Positions 49,327-59,573 of a DNA stretch of 64,000 nucleotides are shown in pieces. Below the pieces are notes generated by a model that searched no databases, had not been told where the DNA came from, and saw only the letters and a list, made by a program, of their open reading frames with translations. The DNA is from Candidatus Hydrogenedentota bacterium (lineage in GTDB: Bacteria > Hydrogenedentota > Hydrogenedentia > Hydrogenedentales > JAEUWI01), in assembly GCA_034669905.1 (NCBI GenBank), contig JAXMOL010000018.1:72491-136490 (forward strand), written 5' to 3'. Both the position numbers and the translations under genes were made by a program. The number at the start of each line of letters is the position of its first letter. Position 1 is the stretch's first letter.

Positions 49327-49596
49327 CTACAGATCGCGGTAGGAATCACTTCGCGGGCGAATTCGAAGTATCTGGACCACAACGCGTTTGTCTTCGATTT
49401 CGTAGATGATCCGATAATTCCCCAGCCGAATCCGGTAGGTGTGGTCGAGACCGGAGAGTTTGCGACATCCATCGGGCCTTGGGTTATCCGCGAGGGATTC
49501 AACCTTTTGTTGAACGCTGGAACGGACCTTGGCGGAAAGTTTCCGAAACTCCTTCAACGCCGAAGGCTTCCATTCAATCTGGTAAGGCACCGTCAT
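49327..49596 (-). CDS. relE: RelE/ParE family toxin
   Basis: YQIEWKPSALKEF...LADNPRPDGCRKLSG...YRIRLGNYRIIYEI. Confidence 0.9.
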   Translation of the reverse strand: MTVPYQIEWKPSALKEFRKLSAKVRSSVQQKVESLADNPRPDGCRKLSGLDHTYRIRLGNYRIIYEIEDKRVVVQILRIRPRSDSYRDL

Positions 49597-49786
49597 CTTC
49601 CACGAGTCGCATGGCAGTTTCATGGGGAATACTCGTCTCGCCCCGCCGTCGTTCGATTTCTTCGGCGTCCGCCAAGTCTTCCAGGAGTTCTGTCACGGCA
49701 GCGAATTCGTCCATCGAGAGAATTACGGCGACGCGATCACCATTTGCGTCAGTCACAAATTGAGGTTTTAGTATGGGAGAAGTCAT
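49574..49786 (-). CDS. Cognate antitoxin
   Basis: 70 aa, QFVTDANGDRVAVILSMDEF...LLEDLAD, acidic, upstream of and overlapping the toxin. Confidence 0.8.
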   Translation of the reverse strand: MTSPILKPQFVTDANGDRVAVILSMDEFAAVTELLEDLADAEEIERRRGETSIPHETAMRLVEDDGALPD

Positions 49787-49909
49787 CGGTTTCCACCTTG
49801 AGTTGTTCCCAATTATAGCACAAGATCGACCGGGCCAATCCGACGAACTGCTGTGGTTGCCGCGAATGCGTTGCAACGTGTGCACCTTTTGAATCCGAAG
49901 TAGGCGCCG

Positions 49910-52003
49910 CTAATCCACCAAGTCCATCCTATCCGGCAGGTGCTTAATCTTAATGTCTTTAAGCGCCACCGTCATGGGCGCGCCCACGTGTACCTGAAAC
50001 GCCAAGACGCCTTCCAAGGAACGCCCGGCCTCGTCGAGGTCCACCACGTCGGTCGTGGGTTGGCCGTCAATCCAATGTTGATAGTGGTTGCCTTCGACGA
50101 GAATACGGTACTCGTGCCATTCACCGGCAGCAAACTCCGGCGCGGGTGTCGATTCCTTCACCTCCGGCTTGCCATCGGCTCCGATCACCGTCGTCTGGCC
50201 GGACTGGGACAGGATGCCACGGCCCCGCTCTTCGTAGAGCATGCCGTTGTACGCCGGCGTGTCGGCCACGATATCGCACTGGTAGCCCGAGACCACGTGG
50301 AGGCCGATTTCCGGCCGCGACGTGCTGCGATACTGGATGCCGCTGTTCCCGCCGGGCGTGATCTTTACTTTCACCCGCAGGTCGAAATTCCGGATGGTCG
50401 AGCCTTTCCACGAGAGAAAGCTGTTCACTTTCAGTGTGCCGTCGGTCTGCCCCGTGATGGCACCGTCCTTCACGGACCAAAGGGCATTGTCGCCCGTCCA
50501 GCCCTGGAGATTTTTCCCATTGAAAAGATTCACGAAGCCGTCCTCACCGGGCTTGTCCGTCACGGCGGCCGAAGCCTCGGGGTGGGGGACCGTGGAATTG
50601 GTGAAGGGCGCTTTCAGGGGATCGATGGGCCCACCCAGCGCCGCGACCCGCTCCGTCGTGCGCTCGCGAAGGGCCTTGAGTGTGTCTGCATAGGCCGTGT
50701 CGCCCGCGAGGTTCACCAGCTCATCGGGGTCGGCCTTCAGATCATGGAGAAACTCGTAGTCGTTGTCGAAGTAGCGCACGTATTTATAGTCATCCGTGCG
50801 GACGCCCTCAAAGGCGGGAATGCGCGTGCGCACGGCGAAGTGTTCGTGGAAGGTTTCGGTGCGCCAATCGGCCGGCATCTCTGCCTCTACCACCGGGCGA
50901 ATACTGCGGCCCTGATAGCGCGTCGGAATCTCGGCACCGGCCCAATCGAGGAAGGTGGCCGGCAGGTCGAGATTGAGCGCCATGGCATCCGTCACCTTGC
51001 CCCGCTGCGCTGCAGGCACCCGGGGATCGGCGACGATAAGGGGCACACGGATGCTTTCTTCATAGTGCGACCACTTGCCCGCCAGGCCCCGATTGGCCAT
51101 GTGATAGCCATTATCAGCGGAGTAGACGATGATGGTGTTCTCCGCCAGGCCCGCCGCTTCCAGGGCCTCCAGAAAGCGCCCGACGGCCGAATCAATACCA
51201 CTCACCATGCGGTAGTAGGACTGCATGTTCACCTGGTACTTCATGTCCGTGTTCCAGCGCCAGAAATAGCGCTCCCGGGTGATGCTTGTCTGGAAGAAGT
51301 CCGGCAACGCTTCAAAAATGGCCGGGTCGTGGAGCTGGGGTGGGGCCATGCTCAGGCCGTCATACATCCCGTCGGTTCCTTGGGGCCAGGGAAACTGGCC
51401 AATACCCGGACGGCGGTCACCATCTTCCGCGTGACAGGCGTTGAACCAGAGATTGAGGGCGAAGGGTTTGTCGGCCGGTTGCTTCTTGATGAAGTCGATG
51501 CCCTTGTCCACGATGAGGTCCGTCTCGTGGCGAAGGCTGCCATCGGGCATCGTCTTGTAGTAGGGGTTGCGCCCGATGACTTCGATTTCGTCAAAGTGCT
51601 CTTCCCGCTTGAAGCTCTTGGGCATGCGGGCGTGCCATTTGCCAAAGTATCCCGTGCGATAGCCCTTTTCCCGGAGGATGTCGGTATACAGCGTTTCCAC
51701 CGCATCCGGCCGGGCCTGATCCGGGTCGTCGGGCGTGCCGAAGCCCCGACCCGTGAGTCCCGTGAGAATGGTGGTACGGCTCACCCAGCAAATGGGATGG
51801 CTCACAAAGGCGTTGGTAAAGCGCACACCCTCTTGGGCCAGCTTATCGAGGTGGGGCGTCTGCACCACGTCGTTGCCGTAACAGCCGATGGTGCTGGTGG
51901 TCTGATCATCGGCAAAGAAAAAAACGATGTTCGGCGGGGTGGCGGCGTGCGTGATTTGCGCAAGGGTCACGACGAAGAAAAGACAAGTGATTGGGATTCT
52001 CAT
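49910..52003 (-). CDS. Secreted sulfatase fused to C-terminal DUF1080
   Basis: PPNIVFFFADD, ICWVSRTTILTG, GKWH, SADNG; then FVNLFNGKNLQGW, NSGIQYRS; start moved to ATG 52003. Confidence 0.9.
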   Translation of the reverse strand: MRIPITCLFFVVTLAQITHAATPPNIVFFFADDQTTSTIGCYGNDVVQTPHLDKLAQEGVRFTNAFVSHPICWVSRTTILTGLTGRGFGTPDDPDQARPDAVETLYTDILREKGYRTGYFGKWHARMPKSFKREEHFDEIEVIGRNPYYKTMPDGSLRHETDLIVDKGIDFIKKQPADKPFALNLWFNACHAEDGDRRPGIGQFPWPQGTDGMYDGLSMAPPQLHDPAIFEALPDFFQTSITRERYFWRWNTDMKYQVNMQSYYRMVSGIDSAVGRFLEALEAAGLAENTIIVYSADNGYHMANRGLAGKWSHYEESIRVPLIVADPRVPAAQRGKVTDAMALNLDLPATFLDWAGAEIPTRYQGRSIRPVVEAEMPADWRTETFHEHFAVRTRIPAFEGVRTDDYKYVRYFDNDYEFLHDLKADPDELVNLAGDTAYADTLKALRERTTERVAALGGPIDPLKAPFTNSTVPHPEASAAVTDKPGEDGFVNLFNGKNLQGWTGDNALWSVKDGAITGQTDGTLKVNSFLSWKGSTIRNFDLRVKVKITPGGNSGIQYRSTSRPEIGLHVVSGYQCDIVADTPAYNGMLYEERGRGILSQSGQTTVIGADGKPEVKESTPAPEFAAGEWHEYRILVEGNHYQHWIDGQPTTDVVDLDEAGRSLEGVLAFQVHVGAPMTVALKDIKIKHLPDRMDLVD

Positions 52004-52259
52004 GGGGATGATGCCTTCTTTTTTGGGCGTAGAACGAGGTTGCGTTTCACCTGGTCGAACGGGCGCCTGAGGGGACCGTAGCCGTGGTGAAACAATCGTT
52101 TGCATCATACCGATTGGGGGAACTTCTTTGCCAGTTGGTGATGGAGCGGAAACCTTGGGAATAGCTTGCTCACCCCGTAACCAGGAGTTCCGAAACGCAT
52201 CTTCGAAACGGCATGCAGCTACTTCTTGTGGTGGGTGAAAGCGGGGGGATCAACGCAAC

Positions 52260-53828
52260 CTACTCCAACGCACCGGAGCTGTCCGTACGAACTACCAGTA
52301 CCAGCCCGTCGGATCCACCGCTGGCGATGATGTCACCATTCTCCGCGTATCCGATGGCGTTGAGGCTGCCTTCCCGAGTGGAGTCAAATCGTTGGGAAGA
52401 GACTCGCTCGATTTCATCGGGTTTGATGACGGCCATGTAGGCGTAGGTAAAGGGTTCCCCCTCGGAAGCGCCACCCAGACGGAACGCGGTGCCCGCGACA
52501 GCGATTCGCCGGGCGCCAGCGCTGTTGCGGAATGCGGCATCCTGCGAAAGGACATTGAAACCTGCTTCCGGATAGAGATCGGTGGAACCGATGTTGAATG
52601 TGGCCTCATCAAAAGTGGCCAGGAAGAGATCCGTCGTTTCGTTTTCCTGGGGACTTCTTTGCCCAATGACGTGAATCGAGGGCAAGCCACCGTGGGAAAT
52701 CAGTGACGTGGTGTTGAGACCAGAAGCTTGGTGGGTGGCGGAGAAGAGTTCATGCGTACCATCAGGGTCGTCCATAATCGGGGCAGTTAGTACGAGAAAG
52801 AGGCGTCGTGGAGAGGTTCGGGCGTCCGTAGCAACAATAATAAACCGGCCGTCATTCAGGGTGGGAAGCTCCACCTCAGCGCTACTGATAAAGGCGTCGG
52901 GCACGGTGAGAGTGGTTTCCCACCGGAGCGTTCCATCGGTGGCCAGACTGGCCAAGTAGATCTCGGAGGAAAGCGTGGGGTTGAGAATGGTTGAGGTGCC
53001 GACGACTATGATCTCCCTGCCATCAGCCCCGTCGCGCACCAGGACGTCATCCAGGGATTCCATGGTGGGACTACCGTCGCGGGACAGGGTGTCGCCAAGG
53101 GACTGTGCCCAGACCGCATTGCCCGCGCTGTCCGCGCGGTAGACGTAGCCCGAAGATAGACCGGCAATGGCGTCGCCGCGGGAGCCGACCAACACGTAGT
53201 CGTCGTCCAAGGGACTCATCGCTGCAATGTTGATGTCGCGGGGGCCGCCCTCGATTATATCAGTGACAACCTGACTCCACAGCACGGTGTCCACCGCCGG
53301 ATTTAGCCCGGCAATGAACCCAACATCGCGAATTGACCCCTTGAATTCAATGTTAGACTGGGCATTTCCAGCCACGACGGGGCCAGCGGAAGCGTTCGCC
53401 ACGAGGGTAGTCCCGGTGAAGCCATAACCACCGATGGTGTCCAGAGACACGGGGGTGAAGGTGTAGATTCCTGTGAGGACCGGGACGGGGGGAGGGGGTT
53501 CAGCGGCGCGTACCGTGATGTAATTGGATTTTGTTACTATACTGCTTTCAAGTTGGACCGGGCCTGCCACGACCGCTGTAAGGCTTACGTTGTAAACGCC
53601 GGGGGTGGTGTATGTGTACGTCGGATTCTCTTCGAATTGGACGTCATCGGTCGTGAACTCACCAAAATCCCATATGTAGTTGCCGGGCGGGAGGGTGCGA
53701 TTTGTGAAATTTACCGTAAGGGGCGCAACGCCTTCGGTGACATCGGCCGAAAAGTCAGCATCTATCGTGCATCCGGTAAAGACTACTACAGACACCATTA
53801 GCATGAGGATACGAGCAAAGTTCTTCAA
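52260..53828 (-). CDS. PKD-domain lipoprotein
   Basis: Lipobox FTGC; ADFSADVTEGVAPLTVNF...YIWDFG...NPTYTYTTPGVYNVSLT; start uncertain (TTG 53828). Confidence 0.75.
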   Translation of the reverse strand: MKNFARILMLMVSVVVFTGCTIDADFSADVTEGVAPLTVNFTNRTLPPGNYIWDFGEFTTDDVQFEENPTYTYTTPGVYNVSLTAVVAGPVQLESSIVTKSNYITVRAAEPPPPVPVLTGIYTFTPVSLDTIGGYGFTGTTLVANASAGPVVAGNAQSNIEFKGSIRDVGFIAGLNPAVDTVLWSQVVTDIIEGGPRDINIAAMSPLDDDYVLVGSRGDAIAGLSSGYVYRADSAGNAVWAQSLGDTLSRDGSPTMESLDDVLVRDGADGREIIVVGTSTILNPTLSSEIYLASLATDGTLRWETTLTVPDAFISSAEVELPTLNDGRFIIVATDARTSPRRLFLVLTAPIMDDPDGTHELFSATHQASGLNTTSLISHGGLPSIHVIGQRSPQENETTDLFLATFDEATFNIGSTDLYPEAGFNVLSQDAAFRNSAGARRIAVAGTAFRLGGASEGEPFTYAYMAVIKPDEIERVSSQRFDSTREGSLNAIGYAENGDIIASGGSDGLVLVVRTDSSGALE

Positions 53829-53980
53829 GAGTGGTGCCCCCCGATATCGTGTGGTTTCGACCATTCCTAGACGCCAGTTACGCACAAAAAGTGTATCCCG
53901 GAAATGGCGATCTGTCAAGAATATAGCGCTCTTATTCTTGGTGAGATGGGGGTAGAGAGGTGATTCTATAGGCTCCTATG

Positions 53981-56050
53981 TCACTCTAGTAGAACGAGTT
54001 GCAAAGCATCCACAATGACGAATCCATTGGTCTCGGTGTTATCCACGGTAATGGTCGAATTGGTGCCCCCTTCGAGCCTGACGCGGCCGATGGGACGTAG
54101 AAGTTTTCCCGCTCCTAGTGATTGCGTCTGGTCCACCTGGATGGTCGACATGGCTTGCCCGCTTGAGATGCTAACAGGCACATTGGTGGCCCGCGTCGGA
54201 TGGGCAGAATAGGCCATGCGCACCTCATAGTCGCCATCTGCCGGTGCCGTGAATCGGAAGGTCGCCGTTGACTTGCCGTCGCCCTTTTTTTCGTCGTGGA
54301 CGTAGCCCGTGCCCACGTGACGCTTAAAGTTGGTGGAATGCTTCCACGTGCCGGTCAATTCCGCATCGGCGTCATCCAGCACAATACCCGGCAGGGATTT
54401 GGGATCGACGGCGCCGAGTTTTTCGGGTTCGGGTGCCAGGGGCGGCAACTCGGGGAGCGACAACACCTGCCCTTGCGCCAGCAGTCGTGTGCGCAGTGTA
54501 GGATAGGGAAGATCCTGAACCGCCAGATCATCCCGCGCCGCCAGGGCTGCCGCGATGCCCGCGCTCTGGCCGAGGATCATCCACGTGGGTTCGACGCGGA
54601 TGGACGAAATGGCCACGTGGGTGCAGGAGAGGGTCACCGGCACCAGGAGGTTGCTGCACTCTTCGGGTTTGGGCAGAATGGCGCGGTAGGGGATGTGGTA
54701 GGGGTAGCCGTGACGACGCCCCTTCATCCGCACGGGAAAAATGGTACCTTCGTTGATGACGCCGCCGTCAGGGAGCACCACGCGCTGGACATCGTGGGAA
54801 TCAATGGGGAACGAAGAGACCACGATGGGGTCCTCCTTCTCCGGCGTCTCGAGGATGTCCTTTTCCGTGACGACATACAGGCCCTTCATGCGCCGTCCTT
54901 CGCGGACGTAGAGCCGGGGCGAAAAGTGGTCGTACGCGGCGAACTCATCCTTACAGAGGCCCAGGTTGATATATTTTTCCCGAATGGCCTCGGGCACGGC
55001 GGGGTCGTTGACGAGGAAGTGGCGGAACTCGAGGGTGTACTGTTTGTGTGCCTCCCATATTGCTTTGCGCCCTTCGGCGTTGGCCTCGCTCCAGCCATTG
55101 CACGCCTCGACAAGCCCGAGAGAGAAATTGCCGCCGATGGAATTGTTGCCGTCGAATTTATTGCCCGGCAGGGGATAGCTATCCCACCCGAAATTCTTGC
55201 CGCCCGCCAGGGCATAGCGACGAACCGCCTCGAAGCGGGCTGGGTCGTAGTGGTCTGGCTCGGGGAAGGGCACGCGGTTTTCCGGGTCGTCGGTGAGGCA
55301 CAGGCGAAAGCTGTAGACCATGACCTTGTCATCGCCCTCCGCTTCGGGCCCGCCATCGGTGGTGGTGATGAGGGGGAGGGGCTTGCCGTTGTCGTCGAGA
55401 CCCGAAATCTCCATCTTCCGTTTCGTGTATTGTTTGCCGGCGAGAGACTCCCCATACTCCGCCCGACCTTCGCGGCCGATGGTCCACGCCACGCCCGCCG
55501 CAGCCATGAGATCGCCCTCATAGGTGGCATCGATAAAGGTCGATGCCGCAAAGCTTCCGTCGCGGGTTACGAGCGACGTGATGCGCGGCCCGTCTTTCTC
55601 CACCCGCTCCAGAACGCGTTCCGTCAGTACCGTGACCTTCGCTTCCTCCAACATCTGCTTCGTCACGCGCATCGCCACATGGGGCTCGTAGGTCCACTTG
55701 GACTGGTCCTTTACCGCCACGTCGTAGGGCAGTTCCACACCCCGTGCCGCGTAGTCCGCCTGGATCCGGGTATGCCATTCGTGGAAGAGCCCCATCACCG
55801 TGCTGCGGACCGTCTGGTTGGAGTCGCTGAAGCTCAGCCCACCCGTGTTAACGCCACCCACATGGCCCGTCGGTTCCAGCAGGATGACCGAGGCCCCTTC
55901 CCGCGCCGCCGCAATGGCCGCGCAGAACCCGCCCGGGGTCGCGCCGTAGACGATGACGTCGGCTTCCCGGGTGGATTGAGCGTTTGCGGCAAACGAGAAT
56001 GTCGCGATCAAACAAACGAAGATCAAGGAGGACCATTTCAGAGGGGGCAT
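53981..56050 (-). CDS. Secreted FAD-dependent oxidoreductase with C-terminal golvesin/xanthan-lyase-type CBM
   Basis: DVIVYGATPGG, FIDATYEGDL, LYVREGRR, SIRVEPTWMILGQSAG; C-terminal GFVIVDALQ. Confidence 0.88.
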   Translation of the reverse strand: MPPLKWSSLIFVCLIATFSFAANAQSTREADVIVYGATPGGFCAAIAAAREGASVILLEPTGHVGGVNTGGLSFSDSNQTVRSTVMGLFHEWHTRIQADYAARGVELPYDVAVKDQSKWTYEPHVAMRVTKQMLEEAKVTVLTERVLERVEKDGPRITSLVTRDGSFAASTFIDATYEGDLMAAAGVAWTIGREGRAEYGESLAGKQYTKRKMEISGLDDNGKPLPLITTTDGGPEAEGDDKVMVYSFRLCLTDDPENRVPFPEPDHYDPARFEAVRRYALAGGKNFGWDSYPLPGNKFDGNNSIGGNFSLGLVEACNGWSEANAEGRKAIWEAHKQYTLEFRHFLVNDPAVPEAIREKYINLGLCKDEFAAYDHFSPRLYVREGRRMKGLYVVTEKDILETPEKEDPIVVSSFPIDSHDVQRVVLPDGGVINEGTIFPVRMKGRRHGYPYHIPYRAILPKPEECSNLLVPVTLSCTHVAISSIRVEPTWMILGQSAGIAAALAARDDLAVQDLPYPTLRTRLLAQGQVLSLPELPPLAPEPEKLGAVDPKSLPGIVLDDADAELTGTWKHSTNFKRHVGTGYVHDEKKGDGKSTATFRFTAPADGDYEVRMAYSAHPTRATNVPVSISSGQAMSTIQVDQTQSLGAGKLLRPIGRVRLEGGTNSTITVDNTETNGFVIVDALQLVLLE

Positions 56051-56109
56051 GATTTATAGCGTCTTTCTATCGTCATGGGTATGTTGTGGGAAGTCTTTGT
56101 GGGGCGGTG

Positions 56110-56267
56110 TAATCGGAGTGCGGGTTTTCCCACCCGCCTCCGGCGCGTCGTAGACCCGCAACAACGTTGACGTGCGACATGGGTGCAAAGCAATTCCGTG
56201 ACCTGGGTGTCCTTGGGTAGCGTTGCGTGTGCGTCGTGGTGGGTAAGAAAACCCACCCTCCGGATTA
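56110..56267. repeat. Inverted REP doublet, second family
   Basis: TAATCGGAGTGCGGGTTTTCCCACCCGCC (56110-56138) and inverted TAATCCGGAGGGTGGGTTTTCTTACCCACC (56267-56238). Confidence 0.7.
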
Positions 56268-57551
56268 TCACTCTCCGATGCAATACAACACTTCCTGCCG
56301 CGCGTCATTACGGCCTTGAGCGACGCGGAGATAAACGCGGTTGCCACAGATGGCGGCGGAGGCCTGGACGTCATCGGCTTCCACCGTGTTCTCAGCAACC
56401 AACTCAAAGGCCTTGGGACTGGCCTTGAAGATGTAGGTGCTGCCGTTGGTGCCCGTGGCGAAAATGTGTTCGCCCACGAGGACGGGGGACGCCGCAAACT
56501 TGGTGCGAATCCGGTCTTCCCAGACGATGGTGCCGGTCTTCAGTTCATAGCAGTAGACCTCACCGGAATCACCGGCCACGTAGAGATGGCCTTCGTGAAT
56601 CAATACGGAGGGCACATAGACCATGTTTTCGTTGCGCCAGACCGTTTCGCCCGAGCCATCGCCCCGGACGACGGCCGTGTGTTTGTCGGGGTAGCCGCCA
56701 CTCGTCACGATGACGGAACCATCGGACACGGTAGAGGTCACGCATTCTGTTGTGGCCCCTTCGACTTCCCAGTTCACGTCACCCGTGAGGGGATCGTAGC
56801 TGGAGATGAGGTTACAGCCCGTAAGGAGAAGTTGGTCCTTCCCGTCGACGGACAGAATCATGGGGGAGGTGTAGTTGGGCAATTGGGGGCGCTTCTGGCT
56901 CCATACCAACTCGCCCGATGCACGGTTATAGGCTGCCAACACCCCGCCACCCTTGTTGTCGGACGATACGATCACCAGTGGGCCATAGAGCGCCGTGGAC
57001 GAACCATAGCCCTGGTGGACGATATAGTCCGTCACCTTCGCCTGCCAGAGCTGCTTGCCGTCGATGCTCAGGGCCGTGAGGTAGACGGCATTGTTGTTCA
57101 TGAAATTAATAAAGACCCGCTCGCCGTCGCAGGAAGGCGTTGCTGAGGCCATGGAGGCGCGGACATTGGGCTGGCGCCCTTCGATGGTGAAACCGCCGTT
57201 GTGCACCGCCGTCTTCCACACTTCCTTGCCGGTATTCCGGTCGAAGCACATGACCGATTGAATCTCGGCCTCGTCCTCGGCCACCGCAAGAAACACGCGG
57301 TCACCCACGACCGTCGGCGAGCCATGGCCACGACCCGGCACCGGGACCTTCCACAACACGTTCGTGTCGTCATCCCACGTCATGGGGGGCTTCTGGTCAG
57401 CGGCCACGCCATTGCGGTTCGGACCACGCCACCAGGCCCAATCCGTTGGGGCCACGGAGATTTCCGGCGTATTCCCTTGTGCCGGTGTGGTGCTGGTGAA
57501 ACCCAAGGCGCCTAAGACGGTGGCGGCAATCAGTAAAATTCTAAAGGTCAT
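56268..57551 (-). CDS. PQQ-like beta-propeller protein (BamB-like)
   Basis: DWAWWRGP, NVLWKVPVPGRGHGSP, TGKEVW, ASPV. Confidence 0.9.
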   Translation of the reverse strand: MTFRILLIAATVLGALGFTSTTPAQGNTPEISVAPTDWAWWRGPNRNGVAADQKPPMTWDDDTNVLWKVPVPGRGHGSPTVVGDRVFLAVAEDEAEIQSVMCFDRNTGKEVWKTAVHNGGFTIEGRQPNVRASMASATPSCDGERVFINFMNNNAVYLTALSIDGKQLWQAKVTDYIVHQGYGSSTALYGPLVIVSSDNKGGGVLAAYNRASGELVWSQKRPQLPNYTSPMILSVDGKDQLLLTGCNLISSYDPLTGDVNWEVEGATTECVTSTVSDGSVIVTSGGYPDKHTAVVRGDGSGETVWRNENMVYVPSVLIHEGHLYVAGDSGEVYCYELKTGTIVWEDRIRTKFAASPVLVGEHIFATGTNGSTYIFKASPKAFELVAENTVEADDVQASAAICGNRVYLRVAQGRNDARQEVLYCIGE

Positions 57552-57729
57552 CGTATTCTCTCCCGCAGCAACGCGTTGGCAGGCCAGACAGCGCTGGACC
57601 GCTTGGTGGTGTAGACCGGATTAGCTTAGCACGTATGGGCACGGATTGTTCCAACCCGCATCCCGGTTATTTTTCATCAGAGGAACATAGTATGGACTGC
57701 CATCTTGGATCGCGCCCGGGAACGACAGA

Positions 57730-57918
57730 CGTGCCGCGCGATCCCGAGGAACGAGGGTTCGTGCGATTGGGTCCTCGACAATACATACGCGTTTAGAGAC
57801 GACCAACTCATGGCTATGCAGCACAAGAAATAACCGGGATTGTGCGTCGCCGATGGTACGTTACGCACGAACCCGTCAGGACTCGTTGATACTCGCCTTT
57901 TGGGATCGCGCGGCACGA
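57730..57918. repeat. Non-coding inverted-arm element (copy B; same family as 1801-2093)
   Basis: Left arm CGTGCCGCGCGATCCC...GGGTTCGTGCG (57730-57765) complements the right arm 57864-57917. Confidence 0.85.
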
Positions 57919-58000
57919 TTGACGTTTGTCTGAGCAGGACACAATATCCCCATTGCTATCCACGAATTTCTTTTAAGTCTTTCTGTTGGTTTTTCGACGC

Positions 58001-59353
58001 TCAATAAACCAAATCACGGAAGTCCTTCAGCGTGTGAAAAGTAATCAGGTTGCCGTTGTGGCTGTTCTTTGCCCGGTGGTCGCCCGAGCGGCTGAGCATG
58101 TGAAGATCGTCGCCGTCGATGACCATGGAGGCATAATGCCGGCCCTGGCCCGCGTCCTCCGTGTCGGCGACCCGCGCCGCGAAAATCCAGTCCACGCAAT
58201 TCTTGGAGAAGTGGAGCACCAGCCGATGTCGCTCGTTGTTGGGCAGGTTGTAGCGGTTATCCGGAAGTTTCTTGGGGTCCGTCATGGAGTCGGTGGACTG
58301 ACTCGACAAGAGCCAATAGAGCTTGGTGACCTCGTCGTAGAGGATGTGGAACTTCATCTGGCCGCCGGGGCACGGCACATAGAGCATGGTCTTGCCCGAC
58401 GGGGCCGTGGCGGCATCCACCGTCAACGCCCCCGATTCATCCTCCGTGACCTTGGCGATGCACGCCAGATTAGAGGTCCCGGTGTGGGAGCGCATCCAGA
58501 GGTAGAAGGTGCGGCCCGTGGGGTCGTACCAGATGTGGTCCGGGTCAGTAAACTCCACGATGTTGGTTTCCAGCCAACCCGCCGGGGCCATGCCACGGAC
58601 GTCTGCCTTATGGTCGGGCGCCGTGCGGCCTGGATTGAAAAAGGGCGCGCCCAGGAGATTGGGCTCCCCATATTTTTCCATGTAGTTTCGGAAGGAAAAT
58701 TTGTTGGAGAAAGTCCACGATGCCTTGTCCAGCAGGTTGTCGGTTACCTTGGCCGACATAACCACCGGTGCCAACACACTGACCGACCAACCTTTGAAGC
58801 TCCGGTCCGTATTCGTCTCCATCACGAGATAGACACGGCCGCGGGTGTAGTGCACGTTGCACGGGGCCTGATGCCATTTTTCCCCCTCCGTAAGCCAGAC
58901 AGTCTCCTTCCATGTGGTGCCCCAGTCATCGGAGCGCATCACGCCCAGATCACCGGCATGGCCCACGATGTAGAGGCTGTTTCCAGCGACAAAAGGCCGG
59001 GCGTGGTGCAGGGGCATATCACTGCGATGCTGCCAGGTGGCGCCCTTATCGTCGCTGGTGTAGATTTTACCGTTCCAGAGTTTTCCCTTTTCATCCGTAT
59101 GGATGCCCGGGATGCTCTTTACCCCTTTTCCGCCCTGGTCCATCGTGGCGATGAGCCGCCCGGTGGGGGCAATAGCAAGGCCGGGGCTGTAGGCATAAAC
59201 GTTGCCCGCATTGGGTGATTCGTAGACGACGGTCTCGCTCGCGGAGAGGGGAATGGGGGAGGCAGTAGGGAGGGTCTTATCTTGCGCACTCGCGCCGAGG
59301 GCAGGGAGCAGTCCGGCAGCGGTCAGGGAGTGGATAAAGTTACGGCGATTCAC
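58001..59353 (-). CDS. Tat-exported sialidase/BNR-repeat protein
   Basis: NRRNF twin-arginine; Asp boxes SDDKGATW and SDDWGTTW; GAAGGAG RBS before GTG 59353. Confidence 0.85.
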   Translation of the reverse strand: MNRRNFIHSLTAAGLLPALGASAQDKTLPTASPIPLSASETVVYESPNAGNVYAYSPGLAIAPTGRLIATMDQGGKGVKSIPGIHTDEKGKLWNGKIYTSDDKGATWQHRSDMPLHHARPFVAGNSLYIVGHAGDLGVMRSDDWGTTWKETVWLTEGEKWHQAPCNVHYTRGRVYLVMETNTDRSFKGWSVSVLAPVVMSAKVTDNLLDKASWTFSNKFSFRNYMEKYGEPNLLGAPFFNPGRTAPDHKADVRGMAPAGWLETNIVEFTDPDHIWYDPTGRTFYLWMRSHTGTSNLACIAKVTEDESGALTVDAATAPSGKTMLYVPCPGGQMKFHILYDEVTKLYWLLSSQSTDSMTDPKKLPDNRYNLPNNERHRLVLHFSKNCVDWIFAARVADTEDAGQGRHYASMVIDGDDLHMLSRSGDHRAKNSHNGNLITFHTLKDFRDLVY

Positions 59354-59522
59354 GGTAATTCTCCTTCGGGTGGATATTGATGTAAGCGAACATCTTAGCA
59401 ATTGCTGCAGTCCGAAGAGAATGTTTTGCATAGGCGACATGGATGCTTGCCTGCGGCGAAGGGCGTTGTAGCGGGGCATATTCTCGCGGAGGGGAGGGGC
59501 GCGAGGCGAACAATGAGCCGCC

Positions 59523-59573
59523 GCACCCACAAGCTACCTCGCGGCGAGGCCGCGATGCTTGAGGGTGGCACCC
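59523..59573. repeat. 51-bp hairpin repeat, copy 1
   Basis: GCACCCACAAGCTACCTCGCGGCGAGGCCGCGATGCTTGAGGGTGGCACCC; 48/51 identical to 60499-60549. Confidence 0.9.
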
